This document shows positions 38,001-51,911 of a stretch of DNA of 64,000 bases, piece after piece. This DNA comes from the human T2T-CHM13v2.0 reference genome, Homo sapiens. The stretch lies in assembly GCF_009914755.1 (NCBI RefSeq), contig NC_060929.1; one strand, 5' to 3'. The notes under the pieces are model-generated. The model saw only the letters and a list, made by a program, of their open reading frames with translations, searched no databases and was not told the origin of the DNA. How positions within the stretch are numbered: position 1 is the first letter of the stretch; each line of letters opens with the position of its first letter. The position numbers and the translations under genes were made by a program.

Positions 38001-41000
38001 AGACTTGTAACACTCTTTTTGTGGAATTTGCAAGTGGAGATTTCAGCCGCTTTGAAGTCAAAGGTAGAAAAGGAAATAACTTCCTATAAAAACTAGACAG
38101 AATGATTCTCAGAAACTCCTTTGTGATGTGTGTATTCAACTCACAGAGTTTAACCTTTCTTTTCATAGAGCAGTTAGGAAACACTCTGCTTGTAAAGTCT
38201 GCAAGTGGATATTCAGCCCTCTTTGAGGCCTTCGTTGGAAACGGGTTTTTTTCATATAAGGCTAGACAGAAGAATTCCCAGTAACTTCCTTGTGTTGTGT
38301 GTGTTCTACTCACAGAGTTGAACTTTGATTTACACAGAGCAGATTTGAAACACTCTTTTTGTGGAATTTGCAAGTGGAGATTTCAAGCGCTTTGAGGCCA
38401 AAGGCAGAAAAGGAAATATCTTCGTATAAAAACTAGACAGAATCATTCTCAGAAACTGCTCTGCGATGTGTGCGTTCAACTCTCAAAGTTTAACTTTTCT
38501 TTTCATTCAGCAGTTTGGAAACACTCTGTTTGTAAAGTGTGCACGTGGATATTTTGACCACTTAGAGGCCTTCGTTGGAAACGGGTTTTTTTCCTGTAAG
38601 GCTAGACAGAAGAATTACCAGTAACTTCCTTGTGTTGTGTACATTCAACTCACAGAGTTGAACGTTCCCTTAGACAGAGCAGATTTGAAACACTCTTTTT
38701 GTGCAATTGGCAAGTGGAGATTTCAAGCGCTTTAAGGTCAATGGCAGAAAAGGAAATATCTTCGTTTCAAAACTAGACAGAATCATTCCCACAAACTGCG
38801 TTGTGATGTGTTCGTTCATCTCACAGAGTTTAACCTTTCTTTTCGTAGAGCAGTTAGGAAACAGTCTGTTTGTAAATTCTGTAAGTGGATATTCTGACAT
38901 CTTGTGGCCTTCGTTGGAAACGGGATTTCTTCATATTCTGCTAGACAGAAGAATTCTCAGAATCTTCCTTGTGTTGTGTGTATTCAACTCACACAGTTGA
39001 ACGATTGTTTACACAGAGCAGATTTGAAACACTCTTTTTGTGGAATTTGCAAGTGGAGATTTCAGCCGCTTTGAGGTCAATGGTAGAAAAGGAAATATCT
39101 TCGTATAAAAACTAGACAGAATGATTCTCAGAAACTTCTTTGTGATGTGTGCGTTCAACTCACAGAGTTTAACGTTTCTGTTCATAGAGCAGTTAGGAAA
39201 CACTCTGTTTGTAAACTCTGCAAGTGGATATTCAGACCTATTTGAGGCCTTCGTTGGAAACGGGATTTCTTCATACTGTGCTAGACAGAAGAATTCTCAC
39301 TAACTTCCTTGTGTTGTGTGTATTCAACTCACAGAGTTGAACGATCCTTTACACAGAGCAGACTTGAAACGCTCTTTTTGTGGAATTTGCAAGTGGAGAT
39401 TTCAGCCGCGTTGAGGTCAATGGTAGAAAAGGCAATATCTTCGTATAAAAACTAGACAGAATGATTCTCAGAAACTCCTTTGTGATGTGTGTGTTCAACT
39501 CACAGAGTTTAACCTTTCTTTTCATAGAGCAGTTAGGAATCACTCTGTTTGTAAAGTCTGCAAGTGGATATTCAGACCTCTTTGAGGCCTTCATTGGAAA
39601 CGGGTTTTTTTCATATAAGGCTAGACAGAAGAATTCCCAGTAACTTCCTTGTGTTGTGTGTGTTCAACTCACAGAGTTGAACTTTCATTTACACAGAGCA
39701 GATTTGAAACACTCTTTTTGTGGAATTTGCAAATGGAGATTTCAAGCGCTTTGAGGCCAAAGGCAGAAAAGGAAATATCTTCGTATAAAAACTAGACAGA
39801 ATCATTCTCAGAAACTGCTCTGCGATTTGTGCGTTCAACTCTCAGAGTTTAACTTTCCTTTTCATTCAGCAGTTTGGAAACACTCTGTTTGTAAAGTCTG
39901 CACGTGGATAATTTGACCACTTAGAGGCCTTCGTTGGAAACGGGTTTTTTTCATGTAAGGCTAGACAGAAGAATTCTCAGTAACTTCCTTGTGTTGTGTG
40001 TATTCAACTCACACAGTTGAACGATCCTTTACACAGAGCACACTTGTAACACTCTTTTTGTGGAGTTTGCAAGTGGAGATTTCAGCCGCTTTGAAGTCAA
40101 AGGTAGAAAAGGAAATATCTTCCTATAAAAACTAGACAGAATGATTCTCAGAAACTCCTTTGTGATGTGTGCGTTCAACTCACAGAGTTTAACCTTTCTT
40201 TTCATAGAGCAGTTAGGAAACACTCTGTTTGTAAAGTCTGCAAGTGGATATTCAGACCTCTTTGAGGCCTTCGTTGGAAACGGGTTTTTTTCATATAAGC
40301 CTAGACAGAAGAATTCCCAGTAACTTCCTTGTGTTGTGTGTGTTCAACTCACAGAGTTGAACTTTCATTTACACAGAGCAGATTTGAAACACTCTTTTTG
40401 TGGAATTTGCAATTGGAGATTTCAAGCGCTTTGAGGCCAAAGGCAGAAAAGGAAATATCTTCGTATAAAAACTAGACAGAATCATTCTCAGAAACTGCTC
40501 TGTGATGTGTGCGTTCAACTCTCAGAGTTTAACTTTTCTTTTCATTCAGCAGTTTGGAAACACTCTGTTTGTAAAGTCTGCACGTGGATAATTTGATCAC
40601 TTAGAGGCCTTCGTTGGAAACGGGTTTTTTTCATGTAAGGCTAGACAGAAGAATTCTCAGTAACTTCCTTGTGTTGTGTGTATTCAACTCACACAGTTGA
40701 ACGATCCTTTACACAGAGCAGACTTGTAACACTCTTTTTGTGGGATTTGCAAGTGGAGATTTCAGCCGCTTTGAAGTCAAAGGTAGAAAAGGAAATATCT
40801 TCCTATAAAAACTAGACAGAATGATTCTCAGAAACTCCTTTGTGATGTCAGCTTTCAACTCACAGAGTTTAACCTTTCTTTTCATAGAGCAGTTAGGAAA
40901 CACTCTGCTTGTAAAGTCTGCAAGTGGATATTCAGCCCTCTTTGAGGCCTTCGTTGGAAACGGGTTTTTTTCATATAGGGCTAGACAGAAGAATTCCCAG

Positions 41001-44000
41001 TAACTTCCTTGTGTTGTGTGTGTTCAACTCACAGAGTTGAACTTTGATTTACACAGAGCAGATTTGAAACACTCTTTTTGTGGAATTTGCAAGTGGAGAT
41101 TTCAAGCGCTTTGAGGCCAAAGGCAGAAAAGGAAATATCTTCGTATAAAAACTAGACAGAATCATTCTCAGAAACTGCTCTGCGATGTGTGCGTTCAACT
41201 CTCAGAGTTTAACTTTTCTTTTCATTCAGCAGTTTGGAAACACTCTGTTTGTAAAGTCTGCACGTGGATATTTTGACCACTTAGAGGCCTTCGTTGGAAA
41301 CGGGTTTTTTCCTGTAAGGCTAGACAGAAGAATTCCCAGTAACTTCCTTGTGTTGTGTACATTCAACTCACAGAGTTGAACGTTCCCTTAGACAGAGCAG
41401 ATTTGAAACACTCTTTTTGTGTAATTGGCAAGTGGAGATTTCAAGCGCTTTAAGGTCAATGGCAGAAAAGGAAATATCTTCGTTTCAAAACTAGACAGAA
41501 TCATTCCCACAAACTGCGTTGTGATGTGTTCGTTCATCTCACAGAGTTTAACCTTTCTTTTCATAGAGCAGTTAGGAAACAGTCTGTTTGTAAATTCTGT
41601 AAGTGGATATTCTGACATCTTGTGGCCTTCGTTGGAAACGGGATTTCTTCATATTCTGCTAGACAGAAGAATTCTCAGAATCTTCCTTGTGTTGTGTGTA
41701 TTCAACTCACACAGTTGAACGATGGTTTACACAGAGCAGATTTGAAACACTCTTTTTGTGGAATTTGCAAGTGGAGATTTCAGCCGCTTTGAGGTCAATG
41801 GTAGAAAAGGAAATATCTTCGTATAAAAACTAGACAGAATGATTCTCAGAAACTTCTTTGTGATGTGCGCGTTCAACTCACAGAGTTTAACCTTTCTTTT
41901 CATAGAGCAGTTAGGAAACACTCTGTTTGTAAACTCTGCAAGTGGATATTCAGACCTCTTTGAGGCCTTCGTTGGAAACGGGATTTCTTCATATTATGCT
42001 AGACAGAAGAATTCTCAGTAACTTCCTTGTGTTGTGTGTATTCAACTCACAGAGTTGAACGATCCTTTACACAGAGCAGACTTGAAACACTCTTTTTGTG
42101 GAATTTGCAAGTGGAGATTTCAGCCGCGTTGAGGTCAATGGTAGAAAAGGAAATATCTTCGTATAAAAACTAGACAGAATGATTCTCAGAAACTCCTTTG
42201 TGATGTGTGTGTTCAACTCACAGAGTTTAACCTTTCTTTTCATAGAGCAGTTAGGAATCACTCTGTTTGTAAAGTCTGCAAGTGGATATTCAGACCTCTT
42301 TGAGGCCTTCGTTGGAAACGGGTTTTTTTCATATAAGGCTAGACAGAAGAATTCCCAGTAACTTCCTTGTGTTGTCTGTGTTCAACTCACAGAGTTGAAC
42401 TTTCATTTACACAGAGCAGATTTGAAACACTCTTTTTGTGGAATTTGCAAATGGAGATTTCAAGCGCTTTGAGGCCAAAGGCAGAAAAGGAAATATCTTC
42501 GTATAAAAACTAGACAGAATCATTCTCAGAAACTGCTCTGCGATGTGTGCGTTCAACTCTCAGAGTTTAACTTTGCTTTTCATTCAGCAGTTTGGAAACA
42601 CTCTGTTTGTAAAGTCTGCACGTGGATAATTTGACCACTTAGAGGCCTTCGTTGGAAACGGGTTTTTTTCATGTAAGGCTAGACAGAAGAATTCTCAGTA
42701 ACTTCCTTGTGTTGTGTGTATTCAACTCACACAGTTGAACGATCCTTTACACAGAGCAGACTTGTAACACTCTTTTTGTGGAGTTTGCAAGTGGAGATTT
42801 CAGCCGCTTTGAAGTCAAAGGTAGAAAAGGAAATATCTTCCTATAAAAACTAGACAGAATGATTCTCAGAAACTCCTTTGTGATGTGTGCGTTCAACTCA
42901 CAGAGTTTAACCTTTCTTTTCATAGAGCAGTTAGGAAACACTCTGTTTGTAAAGTCTGCAAGTGGATATTCAGACCTCTTTGAGGCCTTCGTTGGAAACG
43001 GGTTTTTTTCATATAAGGCTAGACAGAAGAATTCCCAGTAACTTCCTTGTGTTGTGTGTGTTCAACTCACAGAGTTGAACTTTCATTTACACAGAGCAGA
43101 TTTGAAACACTCTTTTTGTGGAATTTGCAATTGGAGATTTCAAGCGCTTTGAGGCCAAAGGCAGAAAAGGAAATATCTTCGTATAAAAACTAGACAGAAT
43201 CATTCTCAGAAACTGCTCTGTGATGTGTGCGTTCAACTCTCAGAGTTTAACTTTTCTTTTCATTCAGCAGTTTGGAAACACTCTGTTTGTAAAGTCTGCA
43301 CGTGGATAATTTGATCACTTAGAGGCCTTCGTTGGAAACGGGTTTTTTTCATGTAAGGCTAGACAGAAGAATTCTCAGTAACTTCCTTGTGTTGTGTGTA
43401 TTCAACTCACAGAGTTGAACGATCCTTTACACAGAGCAGACTTGTAACACTCTTTTTGTGGAATTTGCAAGTGGAGATTTCAGCCGCTTTGAAGTCAAAG
43501 GTAGAAAAGGAAATATCTTCCTATAAAAACTAGACAGAATGATTCTCAGAAACTCCTTTGTGATGTGTGCGTTCAACTCACAGAGTTTAACCTTTCTTTT
43601 CATAGAGCAGTTAGGAAACACTCTCCTTGTAAAGTCTGCAAGTGGATATTCAGCCCTCTTTGAGGCCTTCGTTGGAAACGGGTTTTTTTCATATAAGGCT
43701 AGACAGAAGAATTCCCAGTAACTTCCTTGTGTTGTGTACATTCAACTCACAGAGTTGAACGTTCCCTTAGACAGAGCAGATTTGAAACTCTCTTTTTGTG
43801 CAATTGGCAAGTGGAGATTTCAAGCGCTTTAAGGTCAATGGCAGAAAAGGAAATATCTTCGTTTCAAAACTAGACAGAATCATTCCCACAAACTGCGTTG
43901 TGATGTGTTCGTTCAACTCACAGAGTTTAACCTTTCTTTTCTTAGAGCAGTTAGGAAACAGTCTGTTTGAAAATTCTGTAAGTGGATATTCTGACATCTT

Positions 44001-47000
44001 GTGGCCTTCGTTGGAAACGGGATTTCTTCATATTCTGCTAGACAGAAGAATTCTCAGAATCTTCCTTGTGTTGTGTGTATTCAACTCACACGGTTGAACG
44101 ATCCTTTACACAGAGCAGATTTGAAACACTCATTTGGTGGAATTTGCAAGTGGAGATTTCAGCCGCTTTGAGGTCAATGGTAGAAAAGGAAATATCTTCG
44201 TATAACAACTAGACAGAATGTTTCTCAGAAACTTCTTTGTGATGTGTGCGTTCAACTCACAGAGTTTAACCTTTCTTTTCATAGAGCAGTTAGGAAACAC
44301 TCTGTTTGTAAACTCTGCAAGTGGATGTTCAGACCTCTTTGAGGCCTTCGTTGGAAACGGGATTTCTTCATACTGTGCTAGACAGAAGAATTCTCAGTAA
44401 CTTCCTTGTGTTGTGTGTATTCAACTCACAGAGTTGAACGATCCTTTACACAGAGCAGACTTGAAACACTCTTTTTGTGGAATTTGCAAGTGGAGATTTC
44501 AGCCGCGTTGAGGTCAATGGTAGAAAAGGAAATATCTTCGTATAAAAACTAGACAGAATGATTCTCAGAAACTCCTTTGTGATGTGTGTGTTCAACTCAC
44601 AGAGTTTAACCTTTCTTTTCATAGAGCAGTTAGGAATCACTCTGTTTGTAAAGTCTGCAAGTGGATATTCAGACCTCTTTGAGGCCTTCGTTGGAAACGG
44701 GTTTTTTTCATATAAGGCTAGACAGAAGAATTCCCAGTAACTTCCTTGTGTTTTGTGTGTTCAACTCACAGAGTTGAACTTTCATTTACACAGAGCAGAT
44801 TTGAAACACTCTTTTTGTGGAATTTGCAAATGGAGATTTCAAGCGCTTTGAGGCCAAAGGCAGAAAAGGAAATATCTTCGTATAAAAACTAGACAGAATC
44901 ATTCTCAGAAACTGCTCTGCGATGTGTGCGTTCAACTCTCAGAGTTTAACTTTGCTTTTCATTCAGCAGTTTGGAAACACTCTGTTTGTAAAGTCTGCAC
45001 GTGGATAATTTGACCACTTAGAGGCCTTCGTTGGAAACGGGTTTTTTTCATGTAAGGCTAGACAGAAGAATTCTCAGTAACTTCCTTGTGTTGTGTGTAT
45101 TCAACTCACACAGTTGAACGATCCTTTACACAGAGCAGACTTGTAACACTCTTTTTGTGGAATTTGCAAGTGGAGATTTCAGCCGCTTTGAAGTCAAAGG
45201 TAGAAAAGGAAATATCTTCCTATAAAAACTAGACAGAATGATTCTCAGAAACTCCTTTGTGATGTGTGCGTTCAACTCACAGAGTTTAACCTTTCTTTTC
45301 ATAGAGCAGTTAGGAAACACTCTGTTTGTAAAGTCTCCAAGTGGATATTCAGACCTCTTTGCGGCCTTCGTTGGAAACGGGTTTTTTTCATATAAGGCTA
45401 GACAGAAGAATTCCCAGTAACTTCCTTGTGTTGTGTGTGTTCAACTCACAGAGTTGAACTTTGATTTACACAGAGCAGATTTGAAACACTCTTTTTGTGG
45501 AATTTGCAAGTGGAGATTTCAAGCGCTTTGAGGCCAAAGGCAGAAAAGGAAATATCTTCGTATAAAAACTAGACAGAATCATTCTCAGAAACTGCTCTGC
45601 GATGTGTGCGTTCAACTCTCAGAGTTTAACTTTTCTTTTCATTCAGCAGTTTGGAAACACTCTGTTTGTAAAGTCTGCTCGTGGATATTTTGACCACTTA
45701 GAGGCCTTCGTTGGAAACGGGTTTTTTTCCTGTAAGGCTAGACAGAAGAATTCCCAGTAACTTCCTTGTGTTGTGTACATTCAACTCACAGAGTTGAACG
45801 TTCCCTTAGACAGAGCAGATTTGAAACACTCTTTTTGTGCAATTGGCAAGTGGAGATTTCAAGCGCTTTAAGGTCAATGGCAGAAAAGGAAATATCTTCG
45901 TTTCAAAACTAGACAGAATCATTCCCACAAACTGCGTTGTGATGTGTTCGTTCATCTCACAGAGTTTAACCTTTCTTTTCATAGAGCAGTTAGGAAACAG
46001 TCTGTTTGAAAATTCTGTAAGTGGATATTCTGACATCTTGTGGCCTTCGTTGGAAACGGGATTTCTTCATATTCTGCTAGACAGAAGAATTCTCAGAATC
46101 TTCCTTGTGTTGTGTGTATTCAACTCACACAGTTGAACGATCCTTTACACAGAGCAGATTTGAAACACTCATTTGGTGGAATTTGCAAGTGGAGATTTCA
46201 GCCGCTTTGAGGTCAATGGTAGAAAAGGAAATATCTTCGTATAAAAACTAGACAGAATGATTCTCAGAAACTTCTTTGTGATGTGTGCGTTCAACTCACA
46301 GAGTTTAACCTTTCTTTTCATAGAGCAGTTAGGAAACACTCTGTTTGTAAACTCTGCAAGTGGATATTCAGACGTCTTTGAGGCCTTCGTTGGAAACGGG
46401 ATTTCTTCATACTGTGCTAGACAGAAGAATTCTCAGTAACTTCCTTGTGTTGTGTGTATTCAACTCACAGAGTTGAACGATCGTTTACACAGAGCAGACT
46501 TGAAACACTCTTTTTGTGGAATTTGCAATTGGAGATTTCAGCCGCGTTGAGGTCAATGGTAGAAAAGGAAATATCTTCGTATAAAAACTAGACAGAATGA
46601 TTCTCAGAAACTCCTTTGTGATGTGTGTGTTCAACTCACAGAGTTTAACCTTTCTTTTCATAGAGCAGTTAGGAAACACTCTGTTTGTAAAGTCTGCAAG
46701 TGGATATTCAGACCTCTTTGAGGCCTTCGTTGGAAACGGGTTTTTTTCATATAAGGCTAGACAGAAGAATTCCCAGTAACTTCCTTGTGTTGTGTGTGTT
46801 CAACTCACAGAGTTGAACTTTTATTTACACAGAGCAGATTTGAAACTCTCTTTTTGTGGAATTTGCAATTGGAGATTTCAAGCGCTTTGAGGCCAAAGGC
46901 AGAAAAGGAAATATCTTCGTATAAAAACTAGACAGAATCATTCTCAGAAACTGCTCTGCGATGTGTGCGTTCAACTCTCAGAGTTTAACTTTGCTTTTCA

Positions 47001-50000
47001 TTCAGCAGTTTGGAAACACTCTGTTTGTAAAGTCTGCACGTGGATAATTTGACCACTTAGAGGCCTTCGTTGGAAACGGGTTTTTTTCATGTAAGGCTAG
47101 ACAGAAGAATTCTCAGTAACTTCCTTGTGTTGTGTGTATTAAACTCACACAGTTGAACGATCCTTTACACAGAGCAGACTTGTAACACTCTTTTTGTGGA
47201 ATTTGCAAGTGGAGATTTCAGCCGCTTTGAAGTCAAAGGTAGAAAAGGAAATATCTTCCTATAAAAACTAGACAGAATGATTCTCAGAAACTCCTTTGTG
47301 ATGTGTGCGTTCAACTCACAGAGTTTAACCTTTCTTTTCATAGAGCAGTTAGGAAACACTCTGTTTGTAAAGTCTCCAAGTGGATATTCAGACCTCTTTG
47401 AGGCCTTCGTTGGAAACGTGTTTTTTTCATATAAGGCTAGACAGAAGAATTCCCAGTAACTTCCTTGTGTTGTGTGTGTTCAACTCACAGAGTTGAACTT
47501 TGATTTACACAGAGCAGATTTGAAACACTCTTTTTGTGGAATTTGCAAGTGGAGATTTCAAGCGCTTTGAGGCCAAAGGCAGAAAAGGAAATATCTTCGT
47601 ATAAAAACTAGACAGAATCATTCTCAGAAACTGCTCTGCGATGTGTGCGTTCAACTCTCAGAGTTTAACTTTTCTTTTCATTCAGCAGTTTGGAAACACT
47701 CTGTTTGTAAAGTCTGCACGTGGATAATTTGACCACTTAGAGGCCTTCGTTGGAAACGGGTTTTTTTCATGTAAGGCTAGACAGAAGAATTCTCAGTAAC
47801 TTCCTTGTGTTGTGTGTATTCAACTCACACAGTTGAACGATCCTTTACACAGAGCAGACTTGTAACACTCTTTTTGTGGAATTTGCAAGTGGAGATTTCA
47901 GCCGCTTTGAAGTCAAAGGTAGAAAAGGAAATATCTTCCTATAAAAACTAGACAGAATGATTCTCAGAAACTCCTTTGTGATGTGTGTGTTCAACTCACA
48001 GAGTTTAACCTTTCTTTTCATAGAGCAGTTAGGAATCACTCTGTTTGTAAAGTCTGCAAGTGGATATTCAGACCTCTTTGTGGCCTTCGTTGGAAACGGG
48101 TTTTTTTCATATAAGGCTAGACAGAAGAATTCCCAGTAACTTCCTTGTGTTGTGTGTGTTCAACTCACAGAGTTGAACTTTCATTTACACAGAGCAGATT
48201 TGAAACACTCTTTTTGTGGAATTTGCAAATGGAGATTTCAAGCGCTTTGAGGCCAAAGGCAGAAAAGGAAATATCTTCGTATAAAAACTAGACAGAATCA
48301 TTCTCAGAAACTGCTCTGCGATGTGTGCGTTCAACTCTCAGAGTTTAACTTTTCTTTTCATTCAGCAGTTTGGAAACACTCTGTTTGTAAAGTCTGCACG
48401 TGGATAATTTGACCACTTAGAGGCCTTCGTTGGAAACGGGTTTTTTTCATGTAAGGCTAGACAGAAGAATTCTCAGTAACTTCCTTGTGTTGTGTGTATT
48501 CAACTCACACAGTTGAACGATCCTTTACACAGAGCAGACTTGTAACACTCTTTTTGTGGAATTTGCAAGTGGAGATTTCAGCCGCTTTGAAGTCAAAGGT
48601 AGAAAAGGAAATATCTTCCTATAAAAACTAGACAGAATGATTCTCAGAAACTCCTTTGTGATGTGTGTATTCAACTCACAGAGTTTAACCTTTCTTTTCA
48701 TAGAGCAGTTAGGAAACACTCTGCTTGTAAAGTCTGCAAGTGGATATTCAGCCCTCTTTGAGGCCTTCGTTGGAAACGGGTTTTTTTCATATAAGGCTAG
48801 ACAGAAGAATTCCCAGTAACTTCCTTGTGTTGTGTGTGTTCAACTCACAGAGTTGAACTTTGATTTACACAGAGCAGATTTGAAACACTCTTTTTGTGGA
48901 ATTTGCAAGTGGAGATTTCAAGCGCTTTGAGGCCAAAGGCAGAAAAGGAAATATCTTCGTATAAAAACTAGACAGAATCATTCTCAGAAACTGCTCTGCG
49001 ATGTGTGCGTTCAACTCTCAGAGTTTAACTTTTCTTTTCATTCAGCAGTTTGGAAACACTCTGTTTGTAAAGTCTGCACGTGGATATTTTGACCACTTAG
49101 AGGCCTTCGTTGGAAACGGGTTTTTTTCCTGTAAGGCTAGACAGAAGAATTCCCAGTAACTTCCTTGTGTTGTGTACATTCAACTCACAGAGTTGAACGT
49201 TCCCTTAGACAGAGCAGTTTTGAAACACTCTTTTTGTGCAATTGGCAAGTGGAGATTTCAAGCGCTTTAAGGTCAATGGCAGAAAAGGAAATATCTTCGT
49301 TTCAAAACTAGACAGAATCATTCCCACAAACTGCGTTGTGATGTGTTCGTTCATCTCACAGAGTTTAACCTTTCTTTTCGTAGAGCAGTTAGGAAACAGT
49401 CTGTTTGTAAATTCTGTAAGTGGATATTCTGACATCTTGTGGCCTTCGTTGGAAACGGGATTTCTTCATATTCTGCTAGACAGAAGAATTCTCAGAATCT
49501 TCCTTGTGTTGTGTGTATTCAACTCACACAGTTGAACGATTGTTTACACAGAGCAGATTTGAAACACTCTTTTTGTGGAATTTGCAAGTGGAGATTTCAG
49601 CCGCTTTGAGGTCAATGGTAGAAAAGGAAATATCTTCGTATAAAAACTAGACAGAATGATTCTCAGAAACTTCTTTGTGATGTGTGCGTTCAACTCACAG
49701 AGTTTAACCTTTCTTTTCATAGAGCAGTTAGGAAACACTCTGTAAACTCTGCAAGTGGATATTTAGACCTCTTTGAGGCCTTCGTTGGAAACGGGATTTC
49801 TTCATACTGTGCTAGACAGAAGAATTCTCAGTAACTTCCTTGTGTTGTGTGTATTCAACTCACAGAGTTGAACGATCCTTTACACAGAGCAGACTTGAAA
49901 CACTCTTTGTGGAATTTGCAATTGGAGATTTCAGCCGCGTTGAGGTCAATGGTAGAAAAGGAAATATCTTCGTATAAAAACTAGACAGAATGATTCTCAG

Positions 50001-51911
50001 AAACTCCTTTGTGATGTGTGTGTTCAACTCACAGAGTTTAACCTTTCTTTTCATAGAGCAGTTAGGAATCACTCTGTTTGTAAAGTCTGCAAGTGGATAT
50101 TCAGCCCTCTTTGAGGCCTTCGTTGGAAACGGGTTTTTTTCATATAAGGCTACACAGAAGAATTCCCAGTAACTTCCTTGTGTTGTGTGTGTTCAACTCA
50201 CAGAGTTGAACTTTGATTTACACAGAGCAGATTTGAAACACTCTTTTTGTGGAATTTGCAAGTGGAGATTTCAAGCGCTTTGAGGCCAAAGGCAGAAAAG
50301 GAAATATCTTCGTATAAAAACTAGACAGAATCATTCTCAGAAACTGCTCTGCGATGTGTGCGTTCAACTCTCAGAGTTTAATTTTTCTTTTCATTCAGCA
50401 GTTTGGAAACACTCTGTTTGTAAAGTCTGCACGTGGATAATTTGATCACTTAGAGGCCTTCGTTGGAAACGGGTTTTTTTCATGTAAGGCTAGACAGAAG
50501 AATTCTCAGTAACTTCCTTGTGTTGTGTGTATTCAACTCACAGAGTTGAACGATCCTTTACACAGAGCAGACTTGTAACACTCTTTTTGTGGAATTTGCA
50601 AGTGGAGATTTCAGCCGCTTTGAAGTCAAAGGTAGAAAAGGAAATATCTTCCTATAAAAACTAGACAGAATGATTCTCAGAAACTCCTTTGTGATGTGTG
50701 CGTTCAACTCACAGAGTTTAACCTTTCTTTTCATAGAGCAGTTAGGAAACACTCTGCTTGTAAAGTCTGCAAGTGGATATTCAGCCCTCTTTGAGGCCTT
50801 CGTTGGAAACGGGTTTTTTTCATATAAGGCTAGACAGAAGAATTCCCAGTAACTTCCTTGTGTTGTGTGTGTTCAACTCACAGAGTTGAACTTTCGTTTA
50901 CACAGAGCAGATTTGAAACACTCTTTTTGTGGAATTTGCAAATGGAGATTTCAAGCGCTTTGAGGCCAAAGGCAGAAAAGGAAATATCTTCGTATAAAAA
51001 CTAGACAGAATCATTCTCAGAAACTGCTCTGCGATGTGTGCGTTCAACTCTCAGAGTTTAACTTTGCTTTTCATTCAGCAGTTTGGAAACACTCTGTTTG
51101 TAAAGTCTGCACGTGGATAATTTGACCACTTAGAGGCCTTCGTTGGAAACGGGTTTTTTTCATGTAAGGCTAGACAGAAGAATTCTCAGTAACTTCCTTG
51201 TGTTGTGTGTATTCAACTCACAGAGTTGAACGATCCTTTACACAGAGGAGACTTGTAACACTCTTTTTGTGGAATTTGCAAGTGGAGATTTCAGCCGCTT
51301 TGAAGTCAAAGGTAGAAAAGGAAATATCTTCCTATAAAAACTAGACAGAATGATTCTCAGAAACTCCTTTGTGATGTGTGCGTTCAACTCACAGAGTTTA
51401 ACCTTTCTTTTCATAGAGCAGTTAGGAAACACTCTGCTTGTAAAGTCTGCAAGTGGATATTCAGCCCTCTTTGAGGCCTTCGTTGGAAACGGGTTTTTTT
51501 CATATAAGGCTAGACAGAAGAATTCCCAGTAACTTCCTTGTGTTGTGTGTGTTCTACTCACAGAGTTGAACTTTGATTTACACAGAGCAGATTTGAAACA
51601 CTCTTTTTGTGGAATTTGGAAGTGGAGATTTCAAGCGCTTTGAGGCCAAAGGCAGAAAAGGAAATATCTTCGTATAAAAACTAGACAGAATCATTCTCAG
51701 AAACTGCTCTGCGATGTGTGCGTTCAACTCTCAGAGTTTAACTTTTCTTTTCATTCAGCAGTTTGGAAACACTCTGTTTGTAAAGTCTGCACGTGGATAT
51801 TTTGACCACTTAGAGGCCTTCGTTGGAAACGGGTTTTTTTCCTGTAAGGCTAGACAGAAGAATTCCCAGTAACTTCCTTGTGTTGTGTACATTCAACTCA
51901 CAGAGTTGAAC
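33226..51911 (+). repeat. Mixed HOR variants: 20-, 12-, 16-, 14-, 12-, 20- and 16-mer
   Basis: A markers at 33226, 36625, 38664, 41382, 43761, 45800, 49199 and 51912; spacings 3399, 2039, 2718, 2379, 2039, 3399 and 2713. Confidence 0.9.
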
